Shown here piece after piece: positions 9,263 to 16,984 of a DNA stretch of 64,000 nt. Position 1 is the first letter of the stretch, and the number at the start of each line of letters is the position of its first letter. A model generated the notes under the pieces. It ran no database searches. It saw nothing but the letters and a program-made list of their open reading frames with translations, and was not told where the DNA came from. This DNA comes from an uncultured Acidobacteriota bacterium (lineage in GTDB: Bacteria > Acidobacteriota > Thermoanaerobaculia > Gp7-AA8): positions 512,001 to 576,000 of the forward strand of contig CAWGHO010000002.1 in the NCBI GenBank assembly GCA_963822445.1, read 5' to 3'. The translations under genes and the position numbers were made by a program.

Positions 9263-9715
9263 TTAGTCGATCCAGATGACCTTTTGGATAATCTCGCCCT
9301 TGACGTCGCGTCCGAGGTGACGTGTGCAGCGTGTTGGACGTGCATCTGTTCGGTGAACGCGCGCAACGTTTGCTCGTCGTACTTGGTATCTACCCCCGAC
9401 TTTTGACTTCCAGCACGAGGAGGCTGTGGGCGTCCTCGCCCCGGAAGTGCACGATGAGGTCAGGGAAAACCGTTGTCGCGTGTAAGTCATCATCTGCCGC
9501 ATCTCTCCTTGGAAGGCGCAACCATTTCGGGTCGTCGACATATCGGTTGTACTCCACGTCGACAACGTACGGTGGTGGGACGTCGTCGCGGATGAAGCGC
9601 GCTAAATGGTGGTGAGTGCCCGCTCCTAGACGTTCCTGTCGAGAAGTTCGCGCTCTGACTCAAGCACACGCGCGATCGCGTTGCTCACGAGATTAGCGAC
9701 TTCGTCGGAGTTCAT
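9263..9715 (-). pseudogene. PD-(D/E)XK-like nuclease pseudogene; 3' end approximate
   Basis: Manual translation: MNSDEVANLV...DRNV*ERALT / YVVDVEYNR...VFPDLIVHFRGEDAHSLLVLEVKSRG*. Contains an in-frame stop and frameshifts. Confidence 0.6.
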
Positions 9716-9861
9716 GGCTAGTTGTGTCTCGTGCGAGGATGGCACAGCTCGTTCGTATCCGGCACTTCCAGCGCGTGCGTTCTCGCCCTGCGTTCTGTTG
9801 TGCCGCTGGTCGGTAACTAGTCGTATGTTAGGTCCCGAGCAACAAACCTATTCCCCGCCCT

Positions 9862-11070
9862 CTACCACCCCGAAACGAACAGCCCTTCCTCTCTCGCCGC
9901 CCGTCTCACTTTCTCCCGCGTCTCCCGAATCAGCGAGGCCTTCCCCATGGCCGCCGCTTCGCGCAGTAGCGCCAGGCCCGGCAGGGCTTGTTCGGTCAGG
10001 CCCGCTTTCGTCAGGTACGCGATCGCTTCGTGGCAGATGGCCGGCACCTGCTTCGGTTGTCCGCTGACGAGCAGTGCGTCCGCGAGATCCAGTGCGACGA
10101 GCGCCGCGTCGATCGGCAGGCTGAGCGCAGCGAACTCGTACCGCGCCTTGCCTAATGCCTCGATGGATTCGCGCTGCCGTTTCGTGCCGCGCAACGCGTT
10201 GCCGAGAGCCCAGCGGACGCGCGCCCGCTCGGTCGGCATCTCGCGTCGCTCGAACTCCGCCAGGCAATACTCCAGCGACCCGATCGACTCCACGCCGCGG
10301 CCGAGCTGCACCAGACAAACCGCTACGTTCGTGGTGTGCATCACGCGAAGCTCGGGATCGGTCTCCGTTTCCTGGAGCGATTCCCAGATGCGCATCGCCT
10401 GCTCCACCGCTCCGCCGAGGTACAACGCAGCCGCTTCGATGCTCCGTGCCATCGCGTACCGTGAACGATCGCCGAGAAGCAGGAACGTCGTCGCCGACTC
10501 CCGGGCGAGTTCCGCCGCCTCGCCGGGACGGTGCAGCCGCAGGGCCAGCGCCTTGACCAGGCGAAGGCGCGCAGCGTCGTAATTCGCGAACGGGACCTGC
10601 TCGAAAGCACGCTCCGCTCGTTCGATGTACTCGAGTGCTTCGGACAAGCGGCGCATGAATGCCAGCACGCAGCCGTGATCGCGCAAGGCCTGGGCGCGCA
10701 TGTTCAGGACCATCCCGCGGGGATAGTCGTCGGTCTCCAGTCCGTCGACCACCATCATGGCCATCGAGGTGACCTGGAGCGCGTCTTCCGGAGACTGCCG
10801 GACGATGCCGATCATGCGGCGCAGGAGCTCCTGCACCATGCCCGCCGTCATCGCTCCAGGTGTCCGGCGCAGACGCTGCGGCCACCATGCGCGCGGCCCG
10901 GTCAGAATGTCGTCGAGGAGTGCGGCGGCGGTGGCGTTCTCGTCAAAGACTAGCAGCGCGATCGGGCGGAACGTCGTTGTCACCGAAGGCCCCTCGTCGA
11001 GGGCCTCCCAGGTGCGCTCATCGCGCAACGTGCGGAGGAGTGCCGTAATGCTTCTCGCCATCGTGCTCAC
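9862..11070 (-). CDS. TPR-like alpha-solenoid protein
   Basis: Repeated helical pairs such as LSEALEYIERAERAF and ARVRWALGNAL. GTGA overlap with the sigma-like gene. Distant paralog of 15441-16592. Confidence 0.75.
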   Translation of the reverse strand: MSTMARSITALLRTLRDERTWEALDEGPSVTTTFRPIALLVFDENATAAALLDDILTGPRAWWPQRLRRTPGAMTAGMVQELLRRMIGIVRQSPEDALQVTSMAMMVVDGLETDDYPRGMVLNMRAQALRDHGCVLAFMRRLSEALEYIERAERAFEQVPFANYDAARLRLVKALALRLHRPGEAAELARESATTFLLLGDRSRYAMARSIEAAALYLGGAVEQAMRIWESLQETETDPELRVMHTTNVAVCLVQLGRGVESIGSLEYCLAEFERREMPTERARVRWALGNALRGTKRQRESIEALGKARYEFAALSLPIDAALVALDLADALLVSGQPKQVPAICHEAIAYLTKAGLTEQALPGLALLREAAAMGKASLIRETREKVRRAAREEGLFVSGW

Positions 11071-11546
11071 CGAAGCTTCTTCAGCGACGTAGCCACGAGA
11101 TGCCGCGCGTACTTCACGGTCACGTTCAACTCGGCGGCGATGTCTTCGAACGACCAGCGGTCACGGAATCGCAGGCGTAACGCCTTCTGCGCCACCGCGG
11201 GCAGGGCCTCCAGCCCGCGGACGAGCCCCATGACTTCGCGCGCCCGGGAGGTTGCCAGTGCAGCATCCGGTGCACCCGATCCGCCAATCCGCTGCCGATA
11301 AAGCTCCTCGGCCTTCGAACAGACGATGGCGATCAGCCACGCGTCGGGGTCGGCGGTCGGCACCGTGAGCTGCACATAGGCCAGGAGGGCCTGCTGAATC
11401 AGCTCGTTCCCCTCCTCAGCCGACAGACGGTAATCCCGGGTCAGCGTTCCGCCGAGAACGCGGATCAGCGACTGGTGAAGACGCTCGATCTCCTCGACCT
11501 GAGACGAATGTCGAAGGCCCTCGCTCTCGTTGTGTGAGGCGCTCAT
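11067..11546 (-). CDS. ECF-type sigma-70 family factor, divergent
   Basis: Region-2-like ELIQQALL...DPDAWLIAIV and region 4 LPAVAQKALRLRFRDRWSFEDIAAELNVT. Confidence 0.7.
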   Translation of the reverse strand: MSASHNESEGLRHSSQVEEIERLHQSLIRVLGGTLTRDYRLSAEEGNELIQQALLAYVQLTVPTADPDAWLIAIVCSKAEELYRQRIGGSGAPDAALATSRAREVMGLVRGLEALPAVAQKALRLRFRDRWSFEDIAAELNVTVKYARHLVATSLKKLR

Positions 11547-11628
11547 AGACTCTCGATTTCTGCGAACTCGTGAACCGCCGCGAATCTCTCGGAACCATGA
11601 TCCGCCGGTCCAAAAAGGAACGCAAGAT

Positions 11629-11648
11629 GGGCGGGCCCACGCCCGCCC
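11629..11648 (-). terminator. Probable intrinsic terminator after the amidase
   Basis: Perfect stem GGGCGGGC-CCAC-GCCCGCCC 5 nt past the amidase stop, followed by a T-rich tract on the minus strand. Confidence 0.5.
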
Positions 11649-11653
11649 GACGT

Positions 11654-12314
11654 TCATGACACCAGGCGGATTCCGGCCGCCTCGATTTTTCCGTAGACCC
11701 AGTCCGGCAGGAACAGATCCATCTTGTCCGCCCGGCAATTCGAATGACAGACGATGGTGGCGATGCGAAAGCAGCGCGGAAAATCGAACGTCGTCGACGG
11801 CCAGTAGAACGCCGGGTCGATTCCGTGGCGACGGCAGACATCCAGCGTCAGTGCGATCGCGGCGTCGACCTGCGCTTCGTCCAGTTCCGCGAAGAACCGG
11901 CCGCCGCGCCAATCACTGGTGAAGTGCACCCCCCTGTACGCCGTGTCGGGCGTGATCATTCCGAACGCGTGCAGACGATCTCCGTCGAGGGTGAGCGTCA
12001 GCTCGTTGGCCAGCTCGATGGCCACGGAGGCCCGGTCGTAACGGCCTTTCGTTCCTTTCAGGCCGAGGTGATAGATCCAGCAGGCGTCGTCGAAGGTCTG
12101 GTAGATGGTGCCGTCGCGGTCGACCAGATACGGCGCGCCGACGCGTTGCGCGCCGAGCTTCCACGCCGTCGATCGACGTCGTCGCCAGCCCCGGCTTTCC
12201 GTTGACGGGCGTGTCGCGGGTGCGGCCGCCGGTGCCATGCCAGACGACGTATTTTTTCGGGGTGACGTCCGCGAACCATTGCTTGCGGCTGAGCGGATAT
12301 TTCTGAATGTTCAT
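11654..12314 (-). CDS. N-acetylmuramoyl-L-alanine amidase (Amidase_2-type) with one frameshift near 12165
   Basis: YVVWHGTGG, APYLVDRDGTIYQ, IYHLG, SVAIELAN and IVCHSNCRADKMD across two frames. GGAG RBS; no signal peptide. Confidence 0.8.
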
Positions 12315-12329
12315 TCTCGATCTCCAAAG

Positions 12330-12357
12330 GTGGAGCGCGCCCGAAGGCGCGCCCCAC
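12330..12357 (-). promoter_or_regulatory. GC stem with a cUUCGg tetraloop directly upstream of the amidase RBS
   Basis: Minus strand reads GTGGGGCGCGCC-TTCG-GGCGCGCTCCAC. Confidence 0.5.
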
Positions 12358-12371
12358 ACAGTTGAACTGCG

Positions 12372-12497
12372 TCAGCGACGGCGGCGATACGTGATCGTCT
12401 CGATGACCGACGTCGCACGGCGGCGCCACGCCAACCACATGGGAATGAAGCGGCCGGTCGTTGCGCTACGGGCGACCCTTCGCGTGAAGGGCCTCAT
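12372..12497 (-). CDS. Small Arg-rich protein, 41 aa
   Basis: MRPFTRRVARSATTGRFIPMWLAWRRRATSVIETITYRRRR. ATGA overlap with the upstream gene. Carries an RsAxTGRFIp...v.ETI motif I recognise from uncharacterised small proteins. Confidence 0.65.
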   Translation of the reverse strand: MRPFTRRVARSATTGRFIPMWLAWRRRATSVIETITYRRRR

Positions 12498-12817
12498 GCT
12501 TCCGCCCCGAGGTCCTTGCCCGCCTTGAACTGCGCGGTCAGCGAGGCACCGGCCTCGGACACCGCCTCCAGCGTCTGCGCGAGCAGCCCGATGCCGGTGC
12601 GGACCGACTGCGGCACGAGCGGGAACGTGGTCAGAAACGCGAGCAGCGGCTTGAGGCCCTTGTAGACCTTCAGCAGGCGCTGAAAGGCCGCTGCGGGCGA
12701 AGCGGTGATGGCCGTGTTCTCGTGCTCGAGCGACGACATCGCGCGGCGCACGCACGTGTCGAGCTGTTTGCGGGTCTTGTACTGCACGAAGTCATTCGGA
12801 TTCGGATTCGATGGCAT
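12494..12817 (-). CDS. Hypothetical helical protein with an amphipathic/hydrophobic hairpin, 107 aa
   Basis: Strong AAGGAG RBS; VYKGLKPLLAFLTTFPLVPQSVRTGIGLLAQTLEAV. Confidence 0.7.
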   Translation of the reverse strand: MPSNPNPNDFVQYKTRKQLDTCVRRAMSSLEHENTAITASPAAAFQRLLKVYKGLKPLLAFLTTFPLVPQSVRTGIGLLAQTLEAVSEAGASLTAQFKAGKDLGAEA

Positions 12818-12862
12818 TTGAGTTTTTCTCCTTCCTTTTGTTGATGGGTAAATGAACCGGCG

Positions 12863-13988
12863 TCACTGCGCACGTCTCTTGGCGGCGGCGTTCACCGCCA
12901 GCCGGTGGCGACGCCTGGCGCCGCGATCGTGCGATTCGGGGCAATACGGATCGGGCTCCGCCAGTCCCACGTCCGCCCAGCCCTCGACGATGGCCCGCTG
13001 GATCCTGCCGCCACGGCCGTAGAGCTCTCCGGCAATGTCGACGGTCGCGCGGGTGAAATCGTCGAAATCCGCCTCGGGTGTGAGGCGGCTCGGTCATTGC
13101 GGCGTACCAGATCCGCCCCAGCACCTCCCACGTCTTCCCGCCGATCTGCATGGCCGCGAGATAGAAAGCGTGATTGAGGATGCCGGAGTTGATGTGGACG
13201 CCGCCGTTGTCCTCGTCCGTGTGAACGTAGCCGCGCATGTGCGACGGCTGCGGGTCGGTCCCGAGGAGCGGATGGTGGTAAGCGCTGCCCGGCAGGGCGA
13301 GCGAACGGACGGCGCAGCCGCTGAACGCGGGCCCGAACAACTCGGCGCCGATGAGCCAGTCCGATTCATCCGCGGCCTGGCCCAGCGTGTACTGCTTGAC
13401 CATGATTCCGAAGGCGTCGGAGAGGTGCTCATTGAGCGCGCCGGTCTCGCCGGCATAGCCGAGGGCGGCGGTGTGCTGCGTCACGCCGTGGGTCAGCTCG
13501 TGTGCGATCACGTCGACTGACGCGGTGAAGCGCGCGAAGACCTCCCCGTCTCCATCGCCGTACACCATCTGGCGGCCGTTCCACATCGCGTTCTGGAAAC
13601 GGATGCCGTAGTGCACGGTGGAGTCGAGGCGCATGCCTTCGCCGTCGATCGAGCGGCGCCCGAAGACGCGCTCGAAGAAGTCGTAAGTGGCGCTGCTGCC
13701 ATCCCACGCTTCCGTAACCTGGAGATCGTCACAGCCGGGTGCTTCGCGCGGTAACACGAGACGGCCCGGCAGCTCGTACCGGTGTCCGGCGTCGTACACG
13801 CGCTGGCGATCGTCCGAAGGCGCTTCGGGCGCGATGAGCGTCTGGGCGCTTCCGGCCAAGTCGCGCATATGCTCGAGCGTGGCGCGGGCGTTGTCGCTCG
13901 CTTCGACGTCCCTCTGTGAGGCGACCCGCTTCAGGATGTGAGGGGGGATCACGCCGCAGAGGACTTGCGGTATTGTCTGCTTCGACAT
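12863..13988 (-). CDS. Protealysin-like M4 metalloprotease with one frameshift near 13088
   Basis: Short propeptide CGVIPPHILKRV, NAMWNG, HELTHG, GALNEHLSD and GGVHINSGI. The C-terminus RLTPEADFDDF...WADVGL continues in the shifted frame. Confidence 0.9.
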
Positions 13989-14057
13989 TGTCGTCTTCTC
14001 TCCCGAGAGGGTGCGTGTCGCCTGGGCCGGGCCGCGCTGCAACGTGGCCCGCCCGCA

Positions 14058-14657
14058 TTACGACGCGATCTGCTTCACCTCCTGACTCTGCAGCGCCTGC
14101 GTCTGCTGCAACTCGGCGAAGGCTTCCATCATCCGGGCGAGCTTGCGCTCCTCGCGGTCGGCCTTCGTCGGCACCTTCTTGCCGAGGTCGCGCTTCATGT
14201 TCGCCACGTGGGCGGCCATGAGCGGGCTGCGCTGGTCGCTGGCGTGCTGCTTCGCGATCCGGTAGACCTGCAGCGACTCGAAGGCGACCGAGTCCTTCAG
14301 GTACAGCAGCGCGAAGTTGAGGCGCCGGGTGACGGTGAAGAGCTTGTCGTACAGCGGACGGAACGCCTCGATGTACTGGACCTTGTCCCGCGTCGCGACG
14401 GGATCGAGCTTGTTGCCGGCGGCCAGCTCGGGCAGCTGTTCGACCGCGGCGACGACCGTGGCCACGAACGCGTCCGGAACGCCGATGCGGCTCGGCGCGA
14501 CCTTCCGGCCGGACGCTTCGGCTTCGTCGAGCTTCGGGATGATCCCCAGGATCTGGTCGAGGGCGGCCATGGCCTCGGTCACGAACAGCTGGTAGCGCGT
14601 GACCGTCGGCGGCGCCTGGGGCAGTGCTTGTGTGGTGATTGTGATGTGTTCGGGCAT
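14058..14657 (-). CDS. Hypothetical all-helical protein, 199 aa
   Basis: Host-like codon usage, AAAGGAG upstream, amphipathic helices and a basic C-terminal region. First gene of the operon. Confidence 0.75.
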   Translation of the reverse strand: MPEHITITTQALPQAPPTVTRYQLFVTEAMAALDQILGIIPKLDEAEASGRKVAPSRIGVPDAFVATVVAAVEQLPELAAGNKLDPVATRDKVQYIEAFRPLYDKLFTVTRRLNFALLYLKDSVAFESLQVYRIAKQHASDQRSPLMAAHVANMKRDLGKKVPTKADREERKLARMMEAFAELQQTQALQSQEVKQIAS

Positions 14658-14800
14658 GGATAGAGGGGCTCTCCTTTCACACGCCACGGGCAGTCCACGC
14701 GCCGTGGCGTGCGGTTGATGGGTTACCCGCCCCCGCCTCGGCCGAGGCGTGCCGGGCAATCGGCACCTGCAGATGCCGGTAGGTTGGACCGAGGTCACGT

Positions 14801-14836
14801 ATTGTGCATGTGACCGCTGAAAAGTCAATGACTTTT
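14801..14836 (-). promoter_or_regulatory. Putative sigma-70 promoter overlapped by a palindromic operator
   Basis: Minus strand TTGACT-N16-CACAAT. The -35 lies inside the palindrome AAAAGTCA-A-TGACTTTT (14820-14836). Confidence 0.5.
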
Positions 14837-14906
14837 TCTACAACATTCGCTCAGGATGTTCTGCTAAACTGCCACTGTCGTTTCGAAGAACAGAAAGGAT
14901 GTACCG

Positions 14907-15440
14907 ATGTTCGAACCCCTTCCCACCCTGATCCGGGACGCGCGGGAGCGGCAGGACCTGTCCCAACTGGCCCTGGCGAATCTGGCGGGTGTCAGCCGGA
15001 CGACGATCGTGGCGCTCGAGAGCGGAGAGGACAACATCTCCCTCGGCGTGCTGGTGAAGGTGGCCACGGCGTTGAATCTCACGCAGCTGCAGATCGGCGA
15101 CCTCGTGCTACTCCCTGCATCCGCAGATCTGCGGGTGCTCCTGATCGCGCGCGAGGCCATTGCCGCAGCGCAGAAAGTCGTCGGTCAGGCGGCCTCATCT
15201 CAGAAGGAACTGGAGAACCTGTCGGCATCCGTTTCCGACTTGCTCCATCAGGCATTCGAGCCCCCGCACGTCCCCGACGTCGGTGTCGCCCGCGCCGCCG
15301 AGCGGCTGGCGTCTCGATCGCCGGATCGAGCGACAGCGCGCGCGCTGCGCGACCTCGCCGAAACAGCCGACCGCACTCCCCGCTCCTCGGCGCGCCCGAA
15401 AGCAAGTGCGAAAAGGACTGCAGGCAGGCGGGTGCGCTGA
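14907..15440 (+). CDS. XRE-family HTH regulator with a coiled-coil extension
   Basis: IRDARERQDLSQLALANLAGVSRTTIVALESGEDNISLGVLVKVATAL; AAAGGA RBS. Confidence 0.85.
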   Translation: MFEPLPTLIRDARERQDLSQLALANLAGVSRTTIVALESGEDNISLGVLVKVATALNLTQLQIGDLVLLPASADLRVLLIAREAIAAAQKVVGQAASSQKELENLSASVSDLLHQAFEPPHVPDVGVARAAERLASRSPDRATARALRDLAETADRTPRSSARPKASAKRTAGRRVR

Positions 15441-16592
15441 TTGGGTACAGAGATCCCCAGCGGTGTGCGTGAATTCGAGCGGTGGCTGAGCGCGAGCGTC
15501 GCCGAAGCCGAGACGCTCGTCCCGCATCTGCTGGCGCTTCCCGGTCCCCTGCTGCTCGCCGAGCTTCGCCGGCATCCCGAACTCAGAACCGCAGGCGTAA
15601 TGCGCCGGCTCCTCGCCGCGGCTCGCGAGGGTCTGCACCGATTCCCGTCGCGCGCACACGAGATCACGGCGATCGTTGCGCGGTATGCCCGCTCCATGGA
15701 GGTGCCGGCCGAGTTTGCCTTTGCGGCGCGGACGATTCAGGGAGAGGCTTGGCGGGAGCACGCCAGGGCGCTCCGCGAGATCGGACGAACGGCGAAAGCC
15801 GCGCAGGCCGTTGGCCTCGCGCGCAGATACTTTGAAAACACGCCCGGGAGTTGGTGGCTTCTGGCGACGGTCGACATCATCGAAGCGCCGCTTCTCCACG
15901 ATCGGGGCCTCGTCGATGAAGCATTGCGAATGATCCGTCGCGCGGGACAGACCTTTCGCCGCTCGGGCGATCACGGCAGATACGTCGAGGCACGGATGAT
16001 CGAGTCGTGGATGCTTTGGGCGGGAGGCGATCGCACGGCGGCCGCAGAGGTCTGGAGCGCCACAGCCGAAGCGGCGCGCCGGCGCGGCGACGTGGAGTTG
16101 ATGGCGCGGCTCGCGGCGAGGATGGGCGTCTTCGAGCTTCGCTACGGCAGCGCGGAGGAAGCATCGCGACTCCTGGCGGCGGCAGTCGAGTTGTTCGGGA
16201 CCGCGTCGATGTCCGAAGACTCAGTGCGCGCGCGATGGAATCTCGCGGAGGCGCTTGCCGAGCGAGGCCGACTCCACGAGGCGATCTCCGAATACCACAA
16301 GGTGCGGGTCGAGCTTCTCTCCCGCGGCGCGCTCGTCGACGGAGCGATCGCCGCCGTGGAGCTCCTCGATCTTCACCTCCTGGCCGGACGGGAGAGCGAG
16401 CTGCCCTCGCTGACCGAGCGCTTTGTCCACCTGTTCCGTGATGCCGGCCTCCCGCTCAACGCGATGGAGGCGCTGGCCTGGTTACGCGGCCGCGCCGACG
16501 CGGATCGGCTGACCCCCGACGACCTCGCGTACGTGCGCGCCTTCTTCGAAGACGTCGCGCAGAAACCGTACGGGCGTTTCGTCGCGCCCTGA
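15441..16592 (+). CDS. TPR-like alpha-solenoid protein
   Basis: Helical repeats such as VRARWNLAEAL and AIAAVELLDLHL. Abuts the XRE stop codon. Paralog of 9862-11070. Confidence 0.75.
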   Translation: MGTEIPSGVREFERWLSASVAEAETLVPHLLALPGPLLLAELRRHPELRTAGVMRRLLAAAREGLHRFPSRAHEITAIVARYARSMEVPAEFAFAARTIQGEAWREHARALREIGRTAKAAQAVGLARRYFENTPGSWWLLATVDIIEAPLLHDRGLVDEALRMIRRAGQTFRRSGDHGRYVEARMIESWMLWAGGDRTAAAEVWSATAEAARRRGDVELMARLAARMGVFELRYGSAEEASRLLAAAVELFGTASMSEDSVRARWNLAEALAERGRLHEAISEYHKVRVELLSRGALVDGAIAAVELLDLHLLAGRESELPSLTERFVHLFRDAGLPLNAMEALAWLRGRADADRLTPDDLAYVRAFFEDVAQKPYGRFVAP

Positions 16593-16600
16593 GCGCTTGC

Positions 16601-16979
16601 CATCAGCTCCACTCGCATCCTGACCACATCTGATGACAGTCGCATTGCATCTGATCACTTTTGCATTGAACTCAATGGGAAATTGATCAGACTCATTGGG
16701 CGGGACATTGAGTCTATTCAGATTCTGATCAAGTTCATTCAGATTCTGATCAACTCCATTCAGTTTTCCATTGACTTCATTGGCCGCGCCATTGGATTTG
16801 ATGTCGATTTCATAGCGCGTGATCATAAGTTGATCCCCTTGGATTGAAAATCGCATCAAACGCAATGGAAATCCGAATGAACTCCATGGCGAAGTGAATA
16901 GACTCAATGGCGAGCTGAATGAACTCAATGGAAAACTGATCAAGTGTGATCAAAAATTGATCACGCGAGATGCCTTCGA
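16601..16979. repeat. AT-rich degenerate tandem array, 18 units of 21 bp (one unit 22 bp)
   Basis: Units include CATTGAACTCAATG-GGAAATT, GATCAAGTTCATTC-AGATTCT, GAATGAACTCAATG-GAAAACT and GATCAAGTGTGATC-AAAAATT. Confidence 0.8.
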
Positions 16980-16984
16980 AGCCG

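Noticed and set aside
12100-13150. Programmed ribosomal frameshifting in the amidase and protease
   Set aside because: There are no slippery heptamers at the breakpoints, and similar breaks occur in unrelated genes.
16601-16979. CRISPR array
   Set aside because: The period is 21 bp with 7-nt spacers and degenerate repeats, and there are no cas genes.
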